A stretch of DNA of 48,837 nt from positions 1 to 48,837 of the forward strand of contig CBFIGY010000021.1 in the NCBI GenBank assembly GCA_965662235.1. The letters are read 5' to 3'. Every line of letters begins with the position of its first letter. Positions within the stretch are counted from its first letter, which is position 1. This document shows positions 9,507-17,931 of this stretch, in pieces. Below the pieces are notes generated by a model. The model had not been told where the DNA came from, ran no database searches, and saw only the letters and a list, made by a program, of their open reading frames with translations. A program made the position numbers and the translations under genes. The stretch comes from an uncultured bacterium (GTDB lineage Bacteria > SAR324 > NAC60-12).

Positions 9507-10346
9507 TCAGTCCTCTGCTTTCTTGAGGAGGAACAGCACCACCAAAACGTGTCCGAAGCTCCGGAGCATGCCCTCAAAGACTTGCTCCGTCAGCAGGAGT
9601 GGAGAGACATCGTTGAAGTTGGCAAAGGCCGGGGCAAAGTCTGAGGCGACAAACACCAGCGACCCCAGCACCACCGTCAGCTCCACCAGCCCCCGCAGGT
9701 ACACGCTCAGCAGGACCCACAGCAGCAGCGTCACCCCCAGTCCTTCCAACCAGAGCAGCCCCAGCTTTTCCCAAGGATTCCAGGGTTCCGTCGTCAGAAC
9801 CAGCTCCAACCGCTCCTGAAAGCCCAAGGCCGCCCCTGAATCCTGAAACGCCTCTCGGACGGCCACCGTCAGGAGCGCGAAGGCCAGCCCGGCTCCCAGG
9901 AACCGAAGCCCATCCACCCAGGTCCGGTCCCGCAGCAGCCGTTTGCGGAGCAGGCGGACGGTCACCACAGCCTGAGGTGGCGGAATGAGGATGGGGGCCA
10001 CCAGCGCCACAAACAGCAACGCAATGGTTTCCACGCCCAGTCGCTTCAGCGAGTCCGGATCGGGCCAACTCTGGAAGGTGAACCAGTCCCAGAATTTTCC
10101 CACGGGTCCGAGCAGCAGCAGCAGGCTTCCAAACACCAAAACCGCAGGACCCCACCGCCAGTAGACGTTCTTGACCAACGGACGGAGGGAGAAGCCGAGC
10201 AGCACCCCAGCGAGGAACTGCATGGTGAAGTCGGACTGGAGGGCCCATTCTTCATTGACAAGACGGAGGGCCAGGGCCTTGGCCACCGCATACGCGGCGC
10301 CTAGCGACGTGGGCGCAAGGTACTTTCCCAGGCTGGAGGTGAGCAT
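9507..10346 (-). CDS. Hypothetical multi-pass membrane protein (~279 aa)
   Basis: About 8 hydrophobic segments and no recognised motif. Start at MLTSS (10346) is a best guess within the 333-aa ORF. Confidence 0.65.
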   Translation of the reverse strand: MLTSSLGKYLAPTSLGAAYAVAKALALRLVNEEWALQSDFTMQFLAGVLLGFSLRPLVKNVYWRWGPAVLVFGSLLLLLGPVGKFWDWFTFQSWPDPDSLKRLGVETIALLFVALVAPILIPPPQAVVTVRLLRKRLLRDRTWVDGLRFLGAGLAFALLTVAVREAFQDSGAALGFQERLELVLTTEPWNPWEKLGLLWLEGLGVTLLLWVLLSVYLRGLVELTVVLGSLVFVASDFAPAFANFNDVSPLLLTEQVFEGMLRSFGHVLVVLFLLKKAED

Positions 10347-10514
10347 GGAGGAGCTTACAAAACGAAAACGAACGCCGGTGGGCAGTGAAGGAAGTCCGCA
10401 CGCCGGGTCCGGCAGCAGATGGGTTCCAGAATCGGGAGGCAGGGTCCAGGTGGTGCGGGAAGAGGCGCCCAGCCCTCTGAAGAGTTTGACCGAGGCACCA
10501 TAAACCACAAGCGT

Positions 10515-11999
10515 TCAGGAGGGGGTCGCCCGTCGCTGCTGCGCAAAGGCGTCTAGGGCGTCCTGCCAAGCGGCACTGGGACGGGGGGAGTAGTGAACAG
10601 GAGGGAAGGAGGTCCGGATCAGGGCTCGTCCCTCCTCCAGGCTGCTCAGCTCGCCGGCGGCCATCAGCTGCACCAGCAGGTTGCCACAGATCGTGGCCTC
10701 TCCGGGACCCGCCACCACTGGACGTCCCAGCACATCGGCGGTTAGTTGACAGAGCAGAGACGCCTGCGAGCCTCCGGAAACCATGTGCAGCGTCTCATAC
10801 GTTTCCCCAAGGATCGACTCGATGTGCTGCAGGGTGAAGGCGTGGTTGAGCGCCAGGCTTTCGTACACGCCCCGGAGGAGGTCCGCCTGGCTTTCAGGCA
10901 CCGGACGTCCACGCTGCTGGAGGTGAGACCGGATGGCGGTGGGCATGTCGTCTGGGTTCAGGAAGTCCGGGTGGTCGGGGTCAAACCAGAAGGTCGCCGG
11001 CTGGCCCTGTTCCGCCCGCGCCATCAGCTCAGGGAAGTCCAGAAACTCACCCTCCCGGGCAAAGCTCCTTCGGCACTCCTGGACCAGCCAGAGGCCACAG
11101 AGGATCTTCTGGTAGAGGATCTTCCGGTCGACACCGGTTTCGTTGGAAAAGTTGCCCTGCTGCGACGCGGGACTGAGGTCGGGCGCCTCACGCTCCACTC
11201 CGAGCAACGACCAGGTGCCGGCACTGATGAAGGCCAAGGGCTGTCCGGAAGCCACGGGCGCCGCAGCGACTGCAGCAGCGGTGTCATGACTGGCGGTGGC
11301 CAGCACGGTCAGGTCCGGAAGCTCCAGCCGCTGCCGCAGGGAACGGTGCAGGGGCCCAATCTGAGAGCCCGGGTCAATGAGAGGCCGGGTCAGCCGAGGA
11401 GGCAGGCCCAGGGACTCCATGAGGCCGTGGGCGAACACCTGCTTCCGGACGTCCAGCAGCTGCGTCGTGCAGGCGGAGGTCCGTTCGTTCACCTGCTCCC
11501 CCGTGAGGAAGTAGTTGAAGAGGTCCGGGAGCATCAGCAGGGCGTCGGCCGCGTCAAACAGCTCCGGACGGTCCCGGAGGTCGGTGGCCAGCTGCGGAAG
11601 GGTGTTGATGTTGAGGAAGAGGATTCCGGTTTGGGCGTAGAGGGCTTCCGGAGACACCCGTTCAAACACCCAGTCGTAGGCACCATCGGTCCGTGGATCC
11701 CGGTGCGTCCGGAGCCCGCCCAGCAGTTCTCCGGTCCGGTCGAGCAGGCCAAAGTCCACGCCCCAGGTGGCCACTCCGAGGGCTGTCGGAGTTCCTTGGG
11801 CGCAGGCCTTTTGCAGACCCTCCAGCAGGTTGTTCCAGAGGCTATGGACGTTCCAGTGCCACGAGGACGCGTAGCGGACGGGGGTGTTGACAAACTCGTG
11901 ACACTCCTCAATCTGGAGCCGGTTGCCATTGAAGGAGCCCAGCTGGATGCTGCCACTGGAGCTGCCGAGGTCGACTGCGATGAACTGCTTTTCTGCCAT
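10515..11999 (-). CDS. rhaB: Rhamnulokinase/fuculokinase-like FGGY carbohydrate kinase
   Basis: Motifs AVDLGSSSG, TWGVDFGLLD, HDTAAAV, ISAGTWSLLG and NETG match the RhaB family. True substrate unproven. Confidence 0.82.
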   Translation of the reverse strand: MAEKQFIAVDLGSSSGSIQLGSFNGNRLQIEECHEFVNTPVRYASSWHWNVHSLWNNLLEGLQKACAQGTPTALGVATWGVDFGLLDRTGELLGGLRTHRDPRTDGAYDWVFERVSPEALYAQTGILFLNINTLPQLATDLRDRPELFDAADALLMLPDLFNYFLTGEQVNERTSACTTQLLDVRKQVFAHGLMESLGLPPRLTRPLIDPGSQIGPLHRSLRQRLELPDLTVLATASHDTAAAVAAAPVASGQPLAFISAGTWSLLGVEREAPDLSPASQQGNFSNETGVDRKILYQKILCGLWLVQECRRSFAREGEFLDFPELMARAEQGQPATFWFDPDHPDFLNPDDMPTAIRSHLQQRGRPVPESQADLLRGVYESLALNHAFTLQHIESILGETYETLHMVSGGSQASLLCQLTADVLGRPVVAGPGEATICGNLLVQLMAAGELSSLEEGRALIRTSFPPVHYSPRPSAAWQDALDAFAQQRRATPS

Positions 12000-12002
12000 G
12001 AC

Positions 12003-12602
12003 TCAGCGTTGGGGGTGGTACCGGGGATTGTCTGCGAGCCGCCAGCCGCCGGTGTCGGCATCTCGGACAACCCGTTTCTGCATGCCTCCGTTTTGACGGA
12101 GCAGGTCGTAGTTCTGACCTGCGTCTGCGCTGTAGGTGAACAGGGTCACCAGGTCCGTGGAACCCGTGTTGACGCTCCGGTGGATCCAGTAGGGCGGCAC
12201 ATAAACCATCACCCCAGGCTTCCACTCTCGGGTTTCCAAGAGGCCTTCCGGGTGCTCAAGCAGCATCACTCCTTCGCCGGCGAGGCAGTAATAGGTTTCT
12301 GCCCGATCTGCGAGCTGATGCTGGTGCCCGGAGGTCATGAAAAATTCTGAACCCACCTGTCCGGGACGCATGACGCTGGTGCCGAAGATGAGGTCGCCTG
12401 TACCCGTGGAAGCCTTGTGCTCCCACACCTCATACACCACCTGATCCTGCCATTCTGGAAGCATGGCGTCAAAGGCGGCTTCATCGGCGTAGAGCCCCTG
12501 CAGGTCCCGGAAGTGCTTCTGGTAATGCCGTGTCGCGTCGGGAATGCGTCCTGACGGCAGCTCAATGGGAGTGGCAACAGGGGCGATCGGTTCCGTGCTC
12601 AT
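12003..12602 (-). CDS. Cupin-type (archaeal-type) glucose-6-phosphate isomerase family protein
   Basis: PGQVGSEFFMTSGHQH...RAETY...VYVPPYWIHRSVNTG carries the His/His/Glu/His metal ligands of cupin PGIs. Confidence 0.85.
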   Translation of the reverse strand: MSTEPIAPVATPIELPSGRIPDATRHYQKHFRDLQGLYADEAAFDAMLPEWQDQVVYEVWEHKASTGTGDLIFGTSVMRPGQVGSEFFMTSGHQHQLADRAETYYCLAGEGVMLLEHPEGLLETREWKPGVMVYVPPYWIHRSVNTGSTDLVTLFTYSADAGQNYDLLRQNGGMQKRVVRDADTGGWRLADNPRYHPQR

Positions 12603-12604
12603 GG

Positions 12605-13348
12605 TCAAATCGTCATGCCGCCGTCGATGTTGAAGACGGCGCCGGTGGTGTAGGAGGACTCATCTGACGCGAGGTAAGCGGCCAGCGCCGCAATTTCCTC
12701 GGTGGTGCCAATGCGTCCCATCGGCTGCCGGGCAATGAAGGCGGCCCGGACGGCTTCCGGGTCTCCCCCCTGCGAGGCAATGCGCTCATCCAGAGAGGGC
12801 GACTGCACGGTGCCGGGACAGATGGCGTTGCAGCGGATGCCCTTTCCGACAAAATCGGCAGCCACGGCTTTGGTCAGCCCAATGACCGCGGCCTTGCTGG
12901 CGCCATAGACAAAGCGGTTGGGCAGGCCCTTTTCACTGGACGCGACAGACGCCATGTTGACGATGCTTCCGGAAGACTGCTGCAGCATGCCGGGAAGCAC
13001 CGCCCGGATGAGACGGTACATGGACCGGACGTTGAGGTCAAACGAGAAGTCCCAGTCGGCTTCGTCACATTCTAGGATGCTGCCGTGGTGCACAAATCCG
13101 GCGCAGTTGAAGAGGATGTCCAGCGGGCCAACTTCAGTGGCCAGAGCCTGAATGGCCTGAGGATCCGTGACATCCAGGGGTCGGATGCGCAGCGCTGGAT
13201 TTTCCTGCTGAAGGGATGCCAGCAGGTCTGAGTTGAGGTCAGTGGCCCAGACGGTGGCACCTTCGGCCGCAAAGCGGAGTGCGGAGGTCCGGCCAATGCC
13301 CTGTCCCGCCGCGGTGATGAGGGCCGTGCGTCCTTCAAGACGGTTCAT
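12605..13348 (-). CDS. SDR oxidoreductase, BDH2/DHRS6-like (2-keto-3-deoxy-L-fuconate dehydrogenase-like)
   Basis: Motifs TAAGQGIG, LFNCAG, catalytic YGASK and NAICPGTVQSPSL. ATG at 13348 overlaps the upstream stop. Confidence 0.88.
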   Translation of the reverse strand: MNRLEGRTALITAAGQGIGRTSALRFAAEGATVWATDLNSDLLASLQQENPALRIRPLDVTDPQAIQALATEVGPLDILFNCAGFVHHGSILECDEADWDFSFDLNVRSMYRLIRAVLPGMLQQSSGSIVNMASVASSEKGLPNRFVYGASKAAVIGLTKAVAADFVGKGIRCNAICPGTVQSPSLDERIASQGGDPEAVRAAFIARQPMGRIGTTEEIAALAAYLASDESSYTTGAVFNIDGGMTI

Positions 13349-14265
13349 GGGTTCCTTGATGCAGGGAGGGAGACGCCGTAGAGGCGTTCCGCATTTTGGT
13401 AAAACAGCTTCTCTTGGAATGAAATCGGGTAACGCTGCAGGTGCGTCCGGAGGGCCGTGACCCAGTCCTGAAGAGGAGCGCCCAGGGTACACACGGGCCA
13501 GTCGCCTCCGAAGATCACACGGTCTTCGCCAAAGGTGCCGAGGCAGGCCTCTAGCGTGGGAGCCAGCGTTTCTAGGCTCCAGCCGGCTTCAGCCCGGGCA
13601 ATGATTCCAGAAATCTTGCAGACGGTGTTGGGCTGTGCAGCAACCTGTTCCAGTCCTTCCAACCAGCCCTTGCGGGTGTGAAAGTAAACGGGGTCGGGGC
13701 AGTCCTGTTCCGGGTCGCGGAGTCCCGCAACAACGTAGGGATCGGCGTTGCCGCAGTGGTCGAGGATGATCGTGGTCTCCGGACAGCGTTGTGCCAATTC
13801 TGCAGCATCGGTCAACTCCGCGGGACGGATGCAGACATCGAACAGCAGTCCCTGTTGGCCAAGCGCCTGAACGCCCGAGACAAATTCGGGTGTCAGGGCG
13901 TGTCCCGGAGGAGTGCTCGCGCCATGCAGCACCCGTCGGCATCCCTTGACAAAGGGATTGCGGGCCACCTGCTGCAGCCACTCCGGAAACGTGGGGGCAT
14001 CTGGGTCTGCCGAGGCGACGAGTCCGAGCATGGGCGTGTTCGGGTCTTGGCAGTGGGCGGTCATGTCCGCGATCTCCTGATCCCGGGAATCAGGATGGGC
14101 GTCCACTTCCATGTACACGGTTCCGGCGATTCCAGCGCTGACGGTGACGGCTTGGTAGTCGCTCATCAAGAAGGAACGGTTGAGCGCTGGGGCGCCCTGA
14201 GGCCAGTCCAGACGGAGACGAGAGAGGTCCCAGAGGTGCTGATGGGTGTCGATGAGGGGAATCAT
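13345..14265 (-). CDS. Amidohydrolase_2 family protein, sugar lactonase-like (COG3618)
   Basis: Motifs IDTHQHLWD, ILDHCG, CKISG and FGGDWPV, typical of L-fucono/L-rhamnono-lactonase-like enzymes. Confidence 0.85.
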   Translation of the reverse strand: MIPLIDTHQHLWDLSRLRLDWPQGAPALNRSFLMSDYQAVTVSAGIAGTVYMEVDAHPDSRDQEIADMTAHCQDPNTPMLGLVASADPDAPTFPEWLQQVARNPFVKGCRRVLHGASTPPGHALTPEFVSGVQALGQQGLLFDVCIRPAELTDAAELAQRCPETTIILDHCGNADPYVVAGLRDPEQDCPDPVYFHTRKGWLEGLEQVAAQPNTVCKISGIIARAEAGWSLETLAPTLEACLGTFGEDRVIFGGDWPVCTLGAPLQDWVTALRTHLQRYPISFQEKLFYQNAERLYGVSLPASRNP

Positions 14266-14269
14266 GGGC

Positions 14270-15205
14270 TCAGGGGGAAGGACGCAGGGGGGCCGCGACC
14301 TCAAGCAGCATCTGCAGGCGCTCCGGCGTCAGTTCGAAGTGAAAGACCTCTGCGGTGACAAAGGCCCAGCCGAGCAGAAAGTAGTCCCAGCCATCATGGA
14401 CCCTGAGCTGTTGAGTGGCCTGCTGCGCCCGGGCCTGCTGGAGGAAGAGGAGGTCGCCTCGGTAGTTGAGTTCCCAGGCCACACCGTTTGGGGGAAACAC
14501 GACCGCGTCACTGAGCGGGGAGCCGGGACGGTCCTTGCCGAGTCCTGTGGCATTGACGACCACGCTGTATTCCGGGAGCGCGGACACCAGCTGATCGGCG
14601 ACTGAAACCTGAGGGACCGGGACCAGGTTCAGCTGCTCCGGAGGTGCCTGAAGGTGATGGGCCACCTGTTCCAGGCGTTGGGCATGGAGCTCGGTGAAGG
14701 TGATCTGCTTGGGAGCATGCGACCGCCTCCGGACCCCCCAGGCGAGTGCCACTCCGGCTCCTCCGGCTCCGAGGATGCAGAGCGCAGCCTCCGGATGCGT
14801 CTCCCAGTAGGAAAGGGGGACCAGCTGGTCAAAGGCTTGCTGAGCCGTCAGGGCGTCCTTGGCATGCCCGACCCACTGTCCAGCTGAGTTTTGCGAGAGG
14901 CAGCTGACCTCGCCGAGTTGAGTTGCGTGCGGATCAGCGTCTGCCAGCAGGTCCCGGGCGTGTTCCCAGACGGCCACCTTGTGAGTGGTGATCAGGGCTC
15001 CCACCCAGTGGGGTTCATGTTGAAGGCGCTGCACGGCTTGCCGGATGGTCTCTCGGTCGGCCCCCAGAGGCACATCCACTCCCTCCAGCTGGGCGTTCAG
15101 GCCCAGGGCGTCCGCCCAGAGGGGGAAAACCTGGTTGATGAGCGAGCCCTGGGTGGTGACTCCGATGAAGCCAAACCGCTGAGGGACGTCCCGCACCGTG
15201 TTCAT
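14270..15205 (-). CDS. Divergent shikimate-dehydrogenase-fold oxidoreductase
   Basis: Rossmann motif ILGAGGAG plus VVNATGLG and WELNY. The N-terminal domain has TTHK and HAKD at the positions of AroE TxPxK and NTD. Confidence 0.72.
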   Translation of the reverse strand: MNTVRDVPQRFGFIGVTTQGSLINQVFPLWADALGLNAQLEGVDVPLGADRETIRQAVQRLQHEPHWVGALITTHKVAVWEHARDLLADADPHATQLGEVSCLSQNSAGQWVGHAKDALTAQQAFDQLVPLSYWETHPEAALCILGAGGAGVALAWGVRRRSHAPKQITFTELHAQRLEQVAHHLQAPPEQLNLVPVPQVSVADQLVSALPEYSVVVNATGLGKDRPGSPLSDAVVFPPNGVAWELNYRGDLLFLQQARAQQATQQLRVHDGWDYFLLGWAFVTAEVFHFELTPERLQMLLEVAAPLRPSP

Positions 15206-15215
15206 GCTCTGCCCC

Positions 15216-16304
15216 TCAGATCACCGTCCCGGAGTTCTTGTCGAAGAGGTGCATCCGGTCCATGTTGAAGTGAATGGGGCAGACGTCTCCGGGCTTGAGC
15301 TTCAGGTGGGCATCCACTTGGGCGACAAACTTCGACTCGCCAATCCGGCCCATCAGGAGGGCGTGGGAGCCGAGCGGTTCCACCACATCGGTGTGCACCG
15401 AGGCCAGGGATGTGGATTCGCCGGTCACTTCGGAAACGTGTTCCGGACGGATGCCGAAGGTCACGGCCTGGCCGGCGTGGTTGCCGTAGCGTTCCTGACG
15501 AGAGGCCGGAACCGGCAGGCGGCTGCCGTCTTCGAGGACGATCGCGAGGCCGTCGCCTACTTTCTCCAGGTGAGCTGTGAGGAAGTTCATGCTGGGGGCG
15601 CCGATGAATCCGGCAACAAAGGTGTTAGCCGGTTGCTCATAGAGGGTGATGGGGTCGGCCATCTGCTCAATGATCCCGTCTTTCATCACCACCACCCGAT
15701 CCGCGAGGGTCATGGCTTCCACCTGATCATGTGTCACATAGACCATGGTGACGTTGAGGCGATGGTGGAGGTTCTTGATCTCGGCCCGCATCTCCACCCG
15801 GAGCTTGGCGTCTAGGTTGGAGAGGGGCTCATCGAAGAGAAAGACGTCCGGGTTGCGCACAATGGCGCGTCCAATGGCGACCCGCTGGCGCTGACCGCCG
15901 GAGAGGTGTTTCGGACGACGGTCGAGGAAGTCAGAGAGTCCCAGCACGCGGGCCGCATTCTGGACCAGCTCGTTGATTTCATTCTGTGGGGTCTTCCGGA
16001 CCTTGAGGCCGTAGGCGATGTTTTCCCGGACGCTCATGTGCGGGTAGAGGGCGTAGTTCTGGAACACCATGGAGCAGTTCCGCAAGCCCGGACGCAGGTT
16101 GGTGACCTCGCGGTCTCCGACATAGATGGCGCCGGCGGTGGCTTCTTCAAGGCCGGCAATCATGCGCAACGTGGTGGTCTTGCCGCAGCCAGAAGGTCCC
16201 ACCAGCACAACAAACTCCTTGTCCTGAATCTCAAGGTTCAGCTGGGGGATGACGGTGGTGGCGTCATATTTCTTGGTGATGTTGGTGAGCCGGACTCCTG
16301 CCAT
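15216..16304 (-). CDS. Carbohydrate ABC transporter ATP-binding protein (MalK/UgpC family)
   Basis: GPSGCGKT, VFQNYALYPHM, LSGGQRQRVA, FDEPLSNLDAKLR and a C-terminal TOBE-like region. Confidence 0.96.
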   Translation of the reverse strand: MAGVRLTNITKKYDATTVIPQLNLEIQDKEFVVLVGPSGCGKTTTLRMIAGLEEATAGAIYVGDREVTNLRPGLRNCSMVFQNYALYPHMSVRENIAYGLKVRKTPQNEINELVQNAARVLGLSDFLDRRPKHLSGGQRQRVAIGRAIVRNPDVFLFDEPLSNLDAKLRVEMRAEIKNLHHRLNVTMVYVTHDQVEAMTLADRVVVMKDGIIEQMADPITLYEQPANTFVAGFIGAPSMNFLTAHLEKVGDGLAIVLEDGSRLPVPASRQERYGNHAGQAVTFGIRPEHVSEVTGESTSLASVHTDVVEPLGSHALLMGRIGESKFVAQVDAHLKLKPGDVCPIHFNMDRMHLFDKNSGTVI

Positions 16305-16387
16305 TGCCAATTCTCAATGAAGCGTTACAAGGAAAGTGATGCCATGACACGCACCGGTGGGGCGCCTCATGGGATGACTTTCGGAAA

Positions 16388-16409
16388 CAGGGGCAGCGAA
16401 CCGCCCCTG
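16388..16409 (-). terminator. Stem-loop immediately downstream of the sugar-binding protein gene (partial terminator or mRNA stabiliser)
   Basis: Minus strand CAGGGGCGG-TTCG-CTGCCCCTG followed by TTT: a 9-bp stem with one G-U pair, a UUCG loop and only a short U tract. Confidence 0.6.
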
Positions 16410-16436
16410 AAGGATACTTAGACGAGAGGCAGAGGC

Positions 16437-17894
16437 TTACAGGCCCATGGAGGCACGGTAAGCGGCCAGCTGCTTGTCGCGTCCGAACTGGTCGGTCAGC
16501 TCATTCCACTGCTCGGCCACCGAGTCCAGTGCCTCTTGAGCGCTCACCTGACCGGCGAGGGCCTTGGTGAGTTCAATCTCGAGGACTTCGGTGTAGTCGA
16601 AGTAGAAGGGCAGCCGCATGTCGAGTGCCACGTTGTCGGCACCCAGGGAGTCACGCTGAGCAACGAGGTACTCCTGTGCTTCACGCGGGGTCATCTTCTT
16701 CTCCCAGACGGCGCTGTCGAAGTGGGAGTAGCGGTATGGGTTCACACCAGAACCACCGGTGATGACCTGAATGCCGCTGTTCTTGATGTTGGTGGTGGTC
16801 TCAATGTAATGCCAAGCGGCGTTGACGTTCTTGCTGGTGCTCGGCACCGCAGCCTGCCAACCATTGAAGGCCATGAAGGGGGAGTAGACCACGCGGGGGA
16901 ACCGGTCCCACTGCTTGGTCTTGTAGTTCCAGATCTCAAAGGATCCGGGGGTGAGGTCGGAGCCGACGCTGCCAGCAATCTGGCTTTGCTCCGGATCGGT
17001 TCCCACGGTGCCGGTGTCGCCCCAGTCGAAGTTCATTGAGGTCTTGCCTCCAGCGAACTGCTGACGGGTGTCTCCGGAGCTGAAGTTCAGAGCGCCTGGA
17101 GGTGCGAGGGCGAGGGAGCGCTTGTAGTTCTCCAACGCGCGGACCCAACCGGGGTTGTTGATCTGGGCATCCATGGTGTCCGGATCAAAGAACATCGATC
17201 CTGGATTGGCCGGGTGGTTCGTGTAGGCAGCCGCGTGGGTGAAGAAGAACCAGAACTGCTGACCGCCTCGGGCAAAGGCCTCGGTGACGCCATACAGACC
17301 CTGATCGGGGCGGTGGAAGAACTCCGCCACCTGATAGTACTCTTCCCAGGTGCGTGGAACGAGGAGGTCCCGTCCGTACTTCTGCTTGAATGCTGCTTGC
17401 TCCTTCGGGTCCTCAAAGAGGTCGATGCGGTAGTGAAGGGTGTGCAGGTCCCCGTCAATGGTCTGAGACTTGTGCTTGCCTTCCCACATCATCAACCGGT
17501 CCCGGTAGGTGGGGTGGATGTCCATCCAAGCAGCCGTCTGTCGCATCGACTCCGGCATGTCCGACAGGAACGGTGCCAGGTCGGGGGTCCAGGCCGGGGC
17601 GAAGGTGATCACATCAAAGGCATCCTCGCCAGCAGCAAAGGCGGTGACGTACTTGGGGTAGAGCTCACCAAAGGGAAACTCCACAATGTTGACCTTGCCA
17701 CAGGTCATCTTTGACCAGTCATCTCCCCCCATTTTCATGGCGCTGGCGATGAACGGACCAACCTGAGACCCGACCGTCAGGGTCACACCCGTGTAGTCTG
17801 GCATGCCTGCCTGCGGCTTGCACTGAGCGTAAGCACTTGTGGATGCAAGCGCCAGCGTGGTTGCTACGGCAAATCCCGTAAACAATTTACGCAT
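16437..17894 (-). CDS. Carbohydrate ABC transporter extracellular solute-binding protein (family 1)
   Basis: Signal peptide MRKLFTGFAVATTLALASTSAYA, motifs YRIDLFED and PRTWEEY, strong SD AGGAGG. Confidence 0.92.
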   Translation of the reverse strand: MRKLFTGFAVATTLALASTSAYAQCKPQAGMPDYTGVTLTVGSQVGPFIASAMKMGGDDWSKMTCGKVNIVEFPFGELYPKYVTAFAAGEDAFDVITFAPAWTPDLAPFLSDMPESMRQTAAWMDIHPTYRDRLMMWEGKHKSQTIDGDLHTLHYRIDLFEDPKEQAAFKQKYGRDLLVPRTWEEYYQVAEFFHRPDQGLYGVTEAFARGGQQFWFFFTHAAAYTNHPANPGSMFFDPDTMDAQINNPGWVRALENYKRSLALAPPGALNFSSGDTRQQFAGGKTSMNFDWGDTGTVGTDPEQSQIAGSVGSDLTPGSFEIWNYKTKQWDRFPRVVYSPFMAFNGWQAAVPSTSKNVNAAWHYIETTTNIKNSGIQVITGGSGVNPYRYSHFDSAVWEKKMTPREAQEYLVAQRDSLGADNVALDMRLPFYFDYTEVLEIELTKALAGQVSAQEALDSVAEQWNELTDQFGRDKQLAAYRASMGL

Positions 17895-17931
17895 TTTGTC
17901 CTCCTGAGAAGGTTTGACGAGAGAAACCGGG

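Noticed and set aside
10746..12350. Long antisense ORFs (e.g. 534 aa here, 458 aa at 43108-44484, 358 aa at 40384-41460)
   Set aside because: They are shadows of well-supported opposite-strand genes, as expected in GC-rich DNA, and carry no recognisable motifs.
14270..15205. Canonical aroE
   Set aside because: Shikimate-binding signatures are missing and the context is sugar catabolism.
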